DNA from: an uncultured Gemmatimonadales bacterium
GTDB lineage: Bacteria; Gemmatimonadota; Gemmatimonadetes; Longimicrobiales; RSA9
Direction: 5' to 3'
DNA: 64,000 bases
NCBI GenBank assembly: GCA_963741945.1
Contig: CAVUKA010000001.1
Coordinates: 898,560 to 962,559, forward strand
Shown: piece after piece, positions 35,192 to 44,989 of the stretch
Numbering within the stretch: the first letter of the stretch is position 1
Layout of the letters: each line of letters starts with the position of its first letter
Position numbers and translations under genes: made by a program
Notes under the pieces: generated by a model
Told to the model about the DNA's origin: nothing
The model's input: the letters and a program-made list of their open reading frames with translations, nothing else
Databases searched by the model: none

Positions 35192-36651
35192 CCGACGAAG
35201 TGAGCTGGACCGAGCCCCCGCACGTGCTCGCCGTGGATGACGAGCAGGTGGTCTGCGAAAGCATCCGCCGCGTCCTCACCGGCGAAGGCTATGTGGTCAA
35301 GACCACCACCTCCCCGCGCGAGGGCCTCGACATGATCCGCAAGGAGACGTTCGACCTCCTGCTCCTCGACATCAAGATGCCCGAGATGGACGGGATCGAG
35401 CTCCTGCGCCGCGTCAAGGACCTGTCTCCAGAGACCGAAGCCATCGTCATTACCGGCTACGGCACCATCGAGACGGCCATCGAGGCCACCAAGCTCGGCG
35501 CCTTCGACTACCTCGAGAAGCCCGTCAGCCCCCCGGCTCTCATCGTCACCACGGCCCGCGCACTCGAGCGCAAGCACCTCGTCGATCTCACCCGGCGTCT
35601 CCGCTCCGAGCTCGACACCCGCTATTCCGTGGGCAACGTGATCTGCTCCTCCCCCGCCATGCGCAAGGTCATGGACCTCGTGGCCAAGGTCGCTCCCACC
35701 AACAGCACCGTGCTCATCACGGGAGAGACCGGCACCGGGAAGGAAGTCATCGCGCGCGCGCTCCATTACAACAGCCGTCGCAACGACGGGCCGTTCATCG
35801 TTGCCGACTGCGCCTCGCTCAGCGAGTCCCTCCTCGAGTCCGAGCTCTTCGGCCACGTCCGCGGCGCCTTCACGGGTGCCGCCAGGGACCGGAAGGGCCT
35901 CGCCGAGGCCGCGCGCGGCGGAACGCTCTTCCTCGACGAGATCAGCACCATCTCCCCCAAGGTGCAGGGCAGCCTCCTCCGCCTCATTCAGGAGCACGAG
36001 ATCCGACCCGTCGGCGCGGACAGGACCATCTCCGTCGACGTCCGCGTCATCGCCGCCACCAACCGCGACCTCCAGGAGCTCGTCGATGACGGCTCCTTTC
36101 GCGACGACCTCTTCTACCGCCTGAGCGTCTTCGCCATCCGCCTCCCGCCCCTGCGCGAGCGCAAGGAAGAGATTCCGCTCCTCGCCCACCACTTCGTCCA
36201 GCGCATCGGCGAAGAGGTCGGCAAGCAGATCGACGCCATCTCGCCCCAGGCCATGGCCCTCCTCGAAGCCCACGACTGGCCCGGCAACGTCCGCGAGCTC
36301 GAAAACGTCATCGAGCGCGCCGTCCTGCTCTCCGAAGGACGCACCATCCAGCCCCAGGCCGTTCCCCTCGCCGCCGAACACTCCGCGGCCCGCTGGGACG
36401 ACGTGCCCGACGACGCCGCCACCCTCGCAGAACGGAAGAAGGAGATCCGCGCCCAGGCCGTCGAGGACCTCGAGAAGCTGTTCGTCCTCAAGGCCCTCCG
36501 CGGCGCCGACTGGAACGTCTCCGAAGCCGCCCGCCGCGCCGGCATGCAGCGCCCCAACCTGCACGCCCTCATGCGCAAGTACGACATCACCACCCCGTCC
36601 GGCGACACCGGGGAAGAAGACACGGAGCAAGAGGGCGCCGGGGCATCCTGA
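35188..36651 (+). CDS. sigma-54-dependent response regulator (NtrC family)
   Basis: Start ATG 35188 (MTDEVSW), ATGA overlap with the kinase stop. REC (VLAVDDE, LLLLDIKMPEMDG), GETGTGKE, ESELFGHVRGAFTGA, HTH (AARRAGMQRPNLHALMRKY). Confidence 0.9.
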   Translation: MTDEVSWTEPPHVLAVDDEQVVCESIRRVLTGEGYVVKTTTSPREGLDMIRKETFDLLLLDIKMPEMDGIELLRRVKDLSPETEAIVITGYGTIETAIEATKLGAFDYLEKPVSPPALIVTTARALERKHLVDLTRRLRSELDTRYSVGNVICSSPAMRKVMDLVAKVAPTNSTVLITGETGTGKEVIARALHYNSRRNDGPFIVADCASLSESLLESELFGHVRGAFTGAARDRKGLAEAARGGTLFLDEISTISPKVQGSLLRLIQEHEIRPVGADRTISVDVRVIAATNRDLQELVDDGSFRDDLFYRLSVFAIRLPPLRERKEEIPLLAHHFVQRIGEEVGKQIDAISPQAMALLEAHDWPGNVRELENVIERAVLLSEGRTIQPQAVPLAAEHSAARWDDVPDDAATLAERKKEIRAQAVEDLEKLFVLKALRGADWNVSEAARRAGMQRPNLHALMRKYDITTPSGDTGEEDTEQEGAGAS

Positions 36652-36722
36652 CGCCTCTTCTCCACCCCCTCTTCGGACGGGGCGCCATGGCTCCATGGCG
36701 TCCTCCGATCCACCCCTCCTGA

Positions 36723-36747
36723 GGGTGTATATCCTTCGCATACACCC
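36723..36747. promoter_or_regulatory. upstream activator site candidate 1 (GTGTAT-N9-ATACAC palindrome)
   Basis: GGGTGTAT-ATCCTTCGC-ATACACCC, with perfect 8-bp inverted arms. Confidence 0.55.
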
Positions 36748-36838
36748 ATCGTGACCCCACCAAGAAGCACCCTAAGTCAATAGGCCACAACGCATTATGG
36801 ATACCCTGTCCCGATTCTCTCCCCTCCCCCGGCCGTGA

Positions 36839-36861
36839 GGTGTATACGGTCTGTATACACT
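36839..36861. promoter_or_regulatory. upstream activator site candidate 2 (GTGTAT-N9-ATACAC palindrome)
   Basis: GTGTAT (36840-36845), 9-nt spacer, ATACAC (36855-36860). Same core and spacing as site 1; centres are 115 bp apart. Confidence 0.55.
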
Positions 36862-36954
36862 CTCGCCCCTTCCAGGCCCCTCACCGCCCGATCGCACTAC
36901 CCGCTAACGCTTTGTGCACCAACGTGTTATGGAAATCGTGATAAAATTCCCATT

Positions 36955-36972
36955 TGCGGCACGACCGTTGCC
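36955..36972 (+). promoter_or_regulatory. sigma-54 (-24/-12) promoter
   Basis: tgcGGCACGaccgTTGCc: GG at 36958-36959 and GC at 36970-36971 (12-nt offset) fits TGGCACG-N4-TTGC. It lies about 45 nt upstream of ATG 37014 and downstream of the two palindromes and an AT-rich stretch (36921-36950). Confidence 0.7.
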
Positions 36973-37013
36973 CTCTACAAGGCCGAACGGGATCGGGTCC
37001 GGAGTGGACGGAG

Positions 37014-37442
37014 ATGGGCTGCCCGAGGAAGGAGGGGCCGGAAGTGGGAGCACGGGAACAAGGATCCACGGTCTTGCTGTCGGATGCTGGCGGCTACGGC
37101 GCGCTGGCGGGCCGGCTGTCGGGCTCCGGGCACGCGGTGGTGTGGTACTCGAGCCTGGAGGAGCTGCTCCGGGAGCATCCATTGTCGACGATTGCGGTGC
37201 TGGTGGTGCACGGCAAGGCGGCGCCGAAAGGGGTGCTGCTGGCCACGCTGGGTCGGATGAACCTGGAGTACCCGCGCATGCAGAAGGTGGCGGTGATGGA
37301 AGGTCCGCTGCCGCTGCCGATCGCCGAGTACCTGACCGCGTGCGGAGTGGAGCTGGTGTGGTCGGAGTCGCGGGAGGAAGCGTTGACGCGGCTGACGACG
37401 GTTCTGGAGCGTGTTCACGAGCGTGCGGGCTGGCTCGCCTGA
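37014..37442 (+). CDS. receiver-like (pseudo-receiver) domain protein lacking the phospho-acceptor Asp
   Basis: 142 aa from ATG 37014 (GGAG SD). Alternating beta/alpha pattern with G/C-rich third positions. STVLLSDAG replaces the DD pocket and IAVLVVHGK has His where the acceptor Asp is expected. No conserved Thr/Lys. TTG 36954 is rejected because it lies upstream of the sigma-54 promoter. Confidence 0.6.
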   Translation: MGCPRKEGPEVGAREQGSTVLLSDAGGYGALAGRLSGSGHAVVWYSSLEELLREHPLSTIAVLVVHGKAAPKGVLLATLGRMNLEYPRMQKVAVMEGPLPLPIAEYLTACGVELVWSESREEALTRLTTVLERVHERAGWLA

Positions 37443-37477
37443 GGCGGCGGTCCGCGCTTGAACGAAGGAGGAGCGAG

Positions 37478-38095
37478 ATGAGAAGGAACGGCAAGGTCCT
37501 GGTGGTGGACGACGAGGAAGCCGTCCGCACGAGCTGGAACCGCTACCTGTCGGAGCGCGACTTCGACGTGACGACGGCGGAAGACGGGAAGGTGGCCATG
37601 GACTGGCTCGCGCGTGAGCCGGTGGATGTGGTGGTTGCCGACCTGAAGATGCCGACTGTGAGCGGGATCGAGCTGCTGGAGTGGATGAAGGGTGAGGCGC
37701 CGGACACCCCGTTCATCCTGTTGACGGGTTTCGGGAACGATGACGTGAAGCGTCGGGTGCGGGAGCTCGGCGGGTTCGAGTACCTGGACAAGCCGGTGAG
37801 TCCGGAGGTACTGGCGGCCGTCGTCACGGCGGCCATGTTGAAGAAGGAGCAGGAGGAGTCGGCCGCGGCGGAGGCCGAGGCGGTGTCGCCGATGCGGGCG
37901 GAGCCGGAGCTGACGGAGTCGTCGGAAGCCGAGCGTGGTGCCATGGGCAGCACGGGCGAGGTCTTAACCGGCCTGGTGGTGGCGCCGATACTGGGTCTGG
38001 CGTTCGTGATGTTCCTGCCGGTGATCGGCTTCGCGGCGTTCTTCAAGGTCGCGGCGGAAGCAGTGAGCAAGCGGTTCAAGCCAGCGAACACGTGA
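37478..38095 (+). CDS. single-domain response regulator receiver with C-terminal transmembrane anchor
   Basis: ATG 37478 after GAAGGAGGAG. Canonical REC (VLVVDDEE, VVVADLKMP, ILLTGFG, EYLDKP), an acidic linker, then the hydrophobic helix VLTGLVVAPILGLAFVMFLPVIGFAAFF. Confidence 0.8.
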   Translation: MRRNGKVLVVDDEEAVRTSWNRYLSERDFDVTTAEDGKVAMDWLAREPVDVVVADLKMPTVSGIELLEWMKGEAPDTPFILLTGFGNDDVKRRVRELGGFEYLDKPVSPEVLAAVVTAAMLKKEQEESAAAEAEAVSPMRAEPELTESSEAERGAMGSTGEVLTGLVVAPILGLAFVMFLPVIGFAAFFKVAAEAVSKRFKPANT

Positions 38096-38116
38096 GCCTG
38101 AGAAGCTGAGGAGAAG

Positions 38117-40375
38117 GTGATGAGCGGATCCATGCGAGGGGCGGCCGGGGGTGCGGTAGTGCTGCTCCTCATGCTCCTGGGGGAGGGGGTCGGCGCCGGC
38201 GCGGTCCGAGCGCAGACGCCTCAGCAGAAGTACGTGGAAGGCGCGTGTGCGTCGTGCCACGACAGCGACGCGGTGCTGCGGGCGCAGGCGCTCCCGCATG
38301 CGAGCTCGGTGTCGTGCCTCGACTGCCACCACATGGGGCTCCAGACCACGAGCCGGGCTGCGCTGAAGGCCCGGCAGCTGGACGCCTGCCGCAGCTGTCA
38401 TGAGACGGAAGCGGCCGAGACCGGGCACGGAGCGGGGGACGCGACGTGCCTGGACTGCCATGTGATCCATGGCGAGCCGCGGCTGGATTGGGCGAAGAAG
38501 AGTCTCTCCGCCCGGTGCGCGTCGTGCCACGATACTCCGCACAAGCTCCACACCGGCGTCGAGGCGGGAGCACCGCTGTGCGTGGACTGTCATGATGTCC
38601 ACCATACGCGGCAGCGGGCGGCGCAAGAGGAAGTGCGCACGGCAGCGGCGACCGGCGACGTTTCCGAGGTTTCCGCGGGGGAAACCCCGCCGATGATTTC
38701 GGCGTGTGTGTCGTGTCACGAGGACGTCCATCCGTCGCATCCCAAGAAGGGGCGGGACGCGGTCGACTGCGTGCAGTGCCACGACCCGGACGCGGCCGAG
38801 CCGGTGGCGCGCGACAGTGTCCGTCTGGCGGCGGCGTGTGCCAGCTGCCACGAGGACGCGCACCGGACACACCAGGGCGTTGGAGAGGGTGCGCCGCTGT
38901 GCATAGACTGTCACTCGTTCGCGAACGACCCTCCCATCACCGAGCTCCCGGTGGCCGTGATCGCGGACCGCTGCGCGGTGTGCCACCCGGACGCCATGCA
39001 GGAATACCTGAGGGGGGGCCACTCCGTGGGGCTGACGTCGCACGCTTCGCACAAGAGCGTCCCCACCTGCCTGACGTGCCACGTGGACATGCTGGAGGGG
39101 GAGACGAACCGCGCGCCGAACCGCATGGCGGCGGCGAGCACGTGCATCGGCTGCCACAGCAACAAGAAGCTGGCGGAGACGTACGGACTGTCCACGACCG
39201 TGGTGACGTCGTACGAGGACGACTATCACGGCACGACGCTCGGCTTCATGAAGGCAGCCGGGTCGGCCGACTCCGTGGCCGTGCTCACCTGCGAAGACTG
39301 CCACGGCGCACACGCGGTGGGCTGGAGCAAGGAGAAGGTGGTGAGCGAGGTGTGCGAGCGCTGCCACAAGAACGCCAGCCCGAAGCTGGCGGGCGCGTGG
39401 CTCGGCCATGAGCCTCCTGGCCCGCACAACCAGCTGCCCACGTGGCTGGTCAGCATGTTCTACTATTTCCTGATTCCCTTCATGCTGATCGGGCTCTCCC
39501 TGATCATCCTCTACGAGGCGCTCCATGGGCAGCGCCACCGGGCGTGGTCACGGAAGGTCCGCTCCATCTGGGCGCGCCTCACGGGGAAGCAGACCGAGCG
39601 GCCGCGGATGATCAGGCGCTTCACGGTGTGGGAGCAGCTGCAACACGCCCTGGGGTTGACCACCTTCATCACACTCGTGGTCACGGGGTTGCCGCAGCTC
39701 CGGCCCGACCTGGCCACGGCCGATGCCATCATCGGGTTCTTCGGCGGAATCGGAACTACGCGGCTGGTCCACCGGATCGCGGGGTTCTCCTTCGCGACCC
39801 TGCTGGTCGTGCACGTCGGGCTCGCCATCGTGAACGCGATCCGCAAGCGCCGGATGCCGATCATGCTTCCCACGCTCGAGGACTTCGACAAGGCCGTCGG
39901 CACGGTCCGTCACTTCATCGAGAGCACGCCCAGGCCGAAGGTCGGGAAGTTCGACTTCGCGCAGAAGTTCGAATATGGCGGCCTGCTCATGGGCGGCCTG
40001 GTCATGACGTTCACCGGGATCGCCCTGGTCTGGCCGGAAGTGGCCACGCGCCTGCTCCCGGGCGAGTGGATGGCGGCCATGCGCACCATGCACGGCTACG
40101 AGGCCACGTTCGCCACGCTCGTGGTGGTCCTCTGGCACTCGTGGGGAGTGATCTTCCGGCCGGAGATCTTCCCGCTCGACACGTCGATCTTCACCGGCAA
40201 GGTGAGCGTGGAGCGGCTGAGGGAGGAGCACTGGCTGGAGTACGCGCGCCTCTTCCCGGAGGAGGCGGCTAAGGAAGCCGCGCAGGAAGCCGCAGAGCGC
40301 GCGGCCGGTGAAACATCGGGTCGGGGGGGTGCAGGCAGTGAGAAGGCGGTGCCGGACGCGCCGCCGAACGCCTGA
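38117..40375 (+). CDS. multihaem cytochrome c (15 CXXCH) fused to FdnI/HydC-type cytochrome b membrane domain (CbcL-like), paralogue of 7298..9346
   Basis: Signal peptide and 15 CXXCH in about 430 aa, then TM helices with His conserved relative to the paralogue (RFTVWEQLQHAL..VTGLP, LVHRIAGFSF..VVHVGL, MHGYEATFATLVVVLWHSW). Start is GTG 38117 or ATG 38120. Confidence 0.9.
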   Translation: MMSGSMRGAAGGAVVLLLMLLGEGVGAGAVRAQTPQQKYVEGACASCHDSDAVLRAQALPHASSVSCLDCHHMGLQTTSRAALKARQLDACRSCHETEAAETGHGAGDATCLDCHVIHGEPRLDWAKKSLSARCASCHDTPHKLHTGVEAGAPLCVDCHDVHHTRQRAAQEEVRTAAATGDVSEVSAGETPPMISACVSCHEDVHPSHPKKGRDAVDCVQCHDPDAAEPVARDSVRLAAACASCHEDAHRTHQGVGEGAPLCIDCHSFANDPPITELPVAVIADRCAVCHPDAMQEYLRGGHSVGLTSHASHKSVPTCLTCHVDMLEGETNRAPNRMAAASTCIGCHSNKKLAETYGLSTTVVTSYEDDYHGTTLGFMKAAGSADSVAVLTCEDCHGAHAVGWSKEKVVSEVCERCHKNASPKLAGAWLGHEPPGPHNQLPTWLVSMFYYFLIPFMLIGLSLIILYEALHGQRHRAWSRKVRSIWARLTGKQTERPRMIRRFTVWEQLQHALGLTTFITLVVTGLPQLRPDLATADAIIGFFGGIGTTRLVHRIAGFSFATLLVVHVGLAIVNAIRKRRMPIMLPTLEDFDKAVGTVRHFIESTPRPKVGKFDFAQKFEYGGLLMGGLVMTFTGIALVWPEVATRLLPGEWMAAMRTMHGYEATFATLVVVLWHSWGVIFRPEIFPLDTSIFTGKVSVERLREEHWLEYARLFPEEAAKEAAQEAAERAAGETSGRGGAGSEKAVPDAPPNA

Positions 40376-40406
40376 CGCCCGCGAGCCCCTGGCGACGCAT
40401 GGATCC

Positions 40407-40437
40407 GGGCCCGCCGACCGTCACGGTCGGCGGGCCC
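40407..40437. terminator. bidirectional terminator hairpin between convergent genes
   Basis: GGGCCCGCCGACCG-tca-CGGTCGGCGGGCCC: a 14-bp perfect stem between the cytochrome stop (40375) and the purA stop (40444). Confidence 0.6.
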
Positions 40438-40443
40438 TCGCCG

Positions 40444-41733
<1,290 letters not shown>

Positions 41734-41740
41734 GCGGTGA

Positions 41741-42943
41741 CTATGGCCCGCCGTCGCGCTCCCCCGCAAGACGCGATTTCCCGTCCGATGCCAGCATGCG
41801 CATCGCGGCGGCGAGCAGGGTCGCGCCATCGGCCGCTCCCCGGCCGTCCAGCCGCTCCGCGGAGTCGCCCGGACGATGCACGCGCAGGAGCGAGCGGCGA
41901 CGGCCTCGCAGCACCGTGAGGGCGGGGAAGCCGGCAGCGGCGAGCGGCACGTGGTCCGCGGTGAGCAAGCGCGGCAGCCGTTGCCGCCGCACGGGCAGCT
42001 CCAGCGCGCTCGCCGCGGTCAGGAGCGCCGCGGCCAGGTGAGGCGCGCTCCCCCGCCGCCGGGCCCAGCCGTATCCCTCGGCCACGTAGAAGGGGCCCTC
42101 GTCGTCCAGGCCGTCCACGTTGATCACGCCCTGCACCGGTGGCAGCCGGGTGGCCACGTCGCGGGCACCGGCAAGGTCCATCTCCTCGGCATCGGTGATC
42201 AGGAACGCGATGTCGCCCCGTTCCTCCCGCTTGGCCACAGCCAGCAGCGCGGCCAGGCCGGAAGCGTTGTCCAGCGCCCCCGGGGAGCTGTTGCTCACCC
42301 GACCGCCGGCGAGCACGATGCCGCACGCCACCAGCACGCCGCCCGCCGCGATCTGTGGAGCGCCGAGACCACCCACGCCGACCAGCTCCAGCGCCGCGAG
42401 CGCCACCAGTCCGAGCCAGGCCGCCACGGCCCCGGACGCCGCCAGGCCGCGCGCCAGCGTCGGGATGCTCTGCCCTTTCGAGTCGCGGTGCGCCATGAGG
42501 ATCCATCCCGGCCGGCGGCCGGGGCGCCGGAAGAGCAGATTGGCGCCCCGAACGCGCGCCCACGGGAGGCGTCTCGTGGCCAGACTCCCCAGCGCGATCG
42601 GCAGGAGGGCCAGCGCGAGCGTCGCGCCGAGCACGGCGAGTGCGGACACGGCGAGGCCGGTGCGCAGGAGCCACGTGGCCGCCACGCCGCCGAGGACGAT
42701 CGCGACCGCGGACGCCATCAGGCCGAAGCGGCCATGGAGCGTGGAAAAGGAGAATTCGAGCGTTTCCGCTTCGTACCCGAGCGCGGCGAAGCGCTCACGG
42801 AGTTCGGCCTCCACGGCATCCGCCCCCTCCGAGCCGCAAAGGCGGGGTCGAGCCAGCGCCCGCACGTGGTCGCGGATCTCGGAACGGTCGGTGGGCGGGA
42901 CTTCGGCGGCCTGCGCGCGGGCTTCCTGGATATCGATCGGCAT
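41741..42943 (-). CDS. M28-family metallopeptidase with inserted transmembrane segments
   Basis: M28 metal-ligand motifs ILMAHRDS, GALDNASG, DAEEMDLAG and TADHVPL, interrupted by hydrophobic stretches. Confidence 0.7.
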   Translation of the reverse strand: MPIDIQEARAQAAEVPPTDRSEIRDHVRALARPRLCGSEGADAVEAELRERFAALGYEAETLEFSFSTLHGRFGLMASAVAIVLGGVAATWLLRTGLAVSALAVLGATLALALLPIALGSLATRRLPWARVRGANLLFRRPGRRPGWILMAHRDSKGQSIPTLARGLAASGAVAAWLGLVALAALELVGVGGLGAPQIAAGGVLVACGIVLAGGRVSNSSPGALDNASGLAALLAVAKREERGDIAFLITDAEEMDLAGARDVATRLPPVQGVINVDGLDDEGPFYVAEGYGWARRRGSAPHLAAALLTAASALELPVRRQRLPRLLTADHVPLAAAGFPALTVLRGRRRSLLRVHRPGDSAERLDGRGAADGATLLAAAMRMLASDGKSRLAGERDGGP

Positions 42944-42964
42944 GACCCCGGCGTTCGGTTGACC

Positions 42965-43897
42965 TCAGATCAACCCTGCCTCCTGCATCACCCGGGCCAC
43001 GCCGGCGCGCTGCTTCTCGCTCAGCGGGCTCAGCGGCGGCCTGGGCGGGCCGCCTTCCCAGCCGAGGAGGTCCAGTCCGGCCTTCACGCCCCGGGCCCCG
43101 AACGCCGCCACGATGTCCCGGTGAGCCGGGGTGAGCCGCTCCTGGATTGCGCCGGCCTCCCGCAGCCGACCCGCCCGGAAGTGCTCCAGCATCTCGCCAT
43201 ATTCCACCGGAGCGAGGAGCCCGAGGGCGACGATGCCGCCCGCGGCTCCCATTTCGAGCGCCGCGTAAAGCAACGCGCCACTGCCCACGAACAGCTGGCA
43301 TGAGCCGTCGCAGGCCTCCGTGTACTCGGCGAAGCGCTTCAGGTCCCCGGAAGAATCCTTGATCCCCGCGATGTTGGGGTGGCGAGCGAGCTCCCCCATG
43401 AGGCCGGGATCGAGGGTGACGTGGGTGAACTTCGGCATGTGGTACACCAGCACGGGCACCGGCGATGCGTCGGCGACGGCCGTGTAGTGGTCACGCAGGT
43501 CCGCGGCGGACAGGGACACGCCGAAGTACGACGGCGGATGCACCAGCACGGCGTCCACGCCGGCGTCGGCGAAGCGCTTCGCTCGCCGGACCACTCCGCG
43601 CGTCGACTCGGCGCCCGCCCCGGCCACGAGCGGCCGCATGGATGGAATCACGTCGCGTGCGTATTCCGTCAGGCGCACCATCTCGTCTTCGTCCAGCAAC
43701 GCCCCTTCACCCGTGGAGCCGAAGACCACGAATCCGTCGATGGGAGTCTGCAGCCACCGGCGCAAGCTGTCGCGGAAGCTCACCGGGGCGATATCGCCCG
43801 TCACGGGGTCGAACGGCGTCGTCACGGGGACGAACAGGCCGGACAGCCACCCGTGGTCCGTTTCGCCTCGGCTCCGCTCCTCCGCTCGCTCAGGCAA
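42965..43897 (-). CDS. DapA/N-acetylneuraminate-lyase family (class I aldolase) protein, second paralogue
   Basis: GFVVFGSTGEGALLDEDE and general DHDPS-family layout. Distinct from the dapA at 48398..49294. Confidence 0.75.
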   Translation of the reverse strand: MPERAEERSRGETDHGWLSGLFVPVTTPFDPVTGDIAPVSFRDSLRRWLQTPIDGFVVFGSTGEGALLDEDEMVRLTEYARDVIPSMRPLVAGAGAESTRGVVRRAKRFADAGVDAVLVHPPSYFGVSLSAADLRDHYTAVADASPVPVLVYHMPKFTHVTLDPGLMGELARHPNIAGIKDSSGDLKRFAEYTEACDGSCQLFVGSGALLYAALEMGAAGGIVALGLLAPVEYGEMLEHFRAGRLREAGAIQERLTPAHRDIVAAFGARGVKAGLDLLGWEGGPPRPPLSPLSEKQRAGVARVMQEAGLI

Positions 43898-44951
43898 GGG
43901 TCCTCATCTTCAGCTCGAAGTCCGATGGGTTGCTGGCCGCCTGCTTGGCCACTTCGAAGTCCACCAGGCCCTTGGCCACCAGCTCCGTGAGATGCTGGTC
44001 GAAAGTCTGAGACCGGTACTGCTGGCGCCCTTCCGCAATCAGGTCCGTGATCTCCTCCATCCGCTGCGGATCCAGGATCAGGTCCCGGATGGTGGCCGTG
44101 GCGATCATCACTTCCACCGCCGCAATCCGTCCGGACCCGTCCTTGCGCGGCAGCAGTCGCTGGCTGATCACGGCCTGGATCGTGTCGGCCAGCCGGACGC
44201 GCACCATCTCCTGTTCCTCGCGTGGGAACACGGACACCACGCGCGTCAGCGTCTTCACCGCGTTCTGCGTGTGCAGCGTCGAAAACACAAGGTGCCCGGT
44301 TTCCGCCGCCTTCAGCGCGATGTCGATGGTCTCGGTGTCGCGCATCTCGCCCACGAGGATCGTGTCAGGGTCCTCGCGCAGCGCTGCCCGCAGCCCCTTG
44401 TTGAACGACTCCGTGTCCGTGCCCACTTCCCGCTGCGTGATGGAGCTCATGTTGTCCCTGTGCAGGAACTCGATGGGATCCTCCAGCGTCAGGATGTGGT
44501 GGGATCGGTGGTTGTTCACGTGGTTCAGCATGGCCGCGAGCGTCGTGCTCTTCCCCGCGCCCGTGATCCCCGTGACCAGCACCATCCCCCGGTTCGACAG
44601 CGCGATGTCCGACAAGACATCGGGGAGCGCCAGCTCCTCCATCGTCGGGATCTCCACCGGGATCACCCGCATGATGATCCCCATCGTCCCGCGCTGCCGC
44701 AGCACGTTCACCCGGAAGCGGCCCACGCCGGGCGCCCCCCAGGAGCAGTCGTAGTCTCGCAGCTTGTCGATGTTGCCCCGCTCCCATTCGGGAACGAGCT
44801 GCTGGGCCAGCTGGCGTGTCTGCGCCGGCGAGACCTGCTGCTTCGTGATCGGGACCAGGTCGCCATACACGCGCGCCCGGATGTAGTCACCCGCCTTGAT
44901 GTGGATGTCCGACGCGCCACGGCGGATGGCGCTTTTCAGGATCTCGATCAT
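43890..44951 (-). CDS. pilT: type IV pilus retraction ATPase PilT
   Basis: MIEILKSAIRRGASDIHIKAG, Walker A GITGAGKSTT, ILVGEMRD, FSTLHT. Confidence 0.9.
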   Translation of the reverse strand: MIEILKSAIRRGASDIHIKAGDYIRARVYGDLVPITKQQVSPAQTRQLAQQLVPEWERGNIDKLRDYDCSWGAPGVGRFRVNVLRQRGTMGIIMRVIPVEIPTMEELALPDVLSDIALSNRGMVLVTGITGAGKSTTLAAMLNHVNNHRSHHILTLEDPIEFLHRDNMSSITQREVGTDTESFNKGLRAALREDPDTILVGEMRDTETIDIALKAAETGHLVFSTLHTQNAVKTLTRVVSVFPREEQEMVRVRLADTIQAVISQRLLPRKDGSGRIAAVEVMIATATIRDLILDPQRMEEITDLIAEGRQQYRSQTFDQHLTELVAKGLVDFEVAKQAASNPSDFELKMRTLA

Positions 44952-44989
44952 GGCTTCAGATGTGAGAGGATCCGGGGATGAGACACAAG

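Noticed and set aside
33269-36741. Long minus-strand ORFs 33269..34933 (554 aa) and 35089..36741 (550 aa)
   Set aside because: They are antisense to the kinase and sigma-54 activator genes, both of which carry complete motif sets. Their composition is Gly/Arg/Asp/Leu-biased with no motifs.
36914-37477. N-terminal 188 codons of ORF 36914..38095, and the TTG 36954 start of the 162-aa ORF
   Set aside because: The extension is Gly/Ala/Arg-rich and overlaps the better-composed pseudo-receiver frame. Both starts lie upstream of or across the sigma-54 promoter (36955-36972), so they would not be on the transcript.
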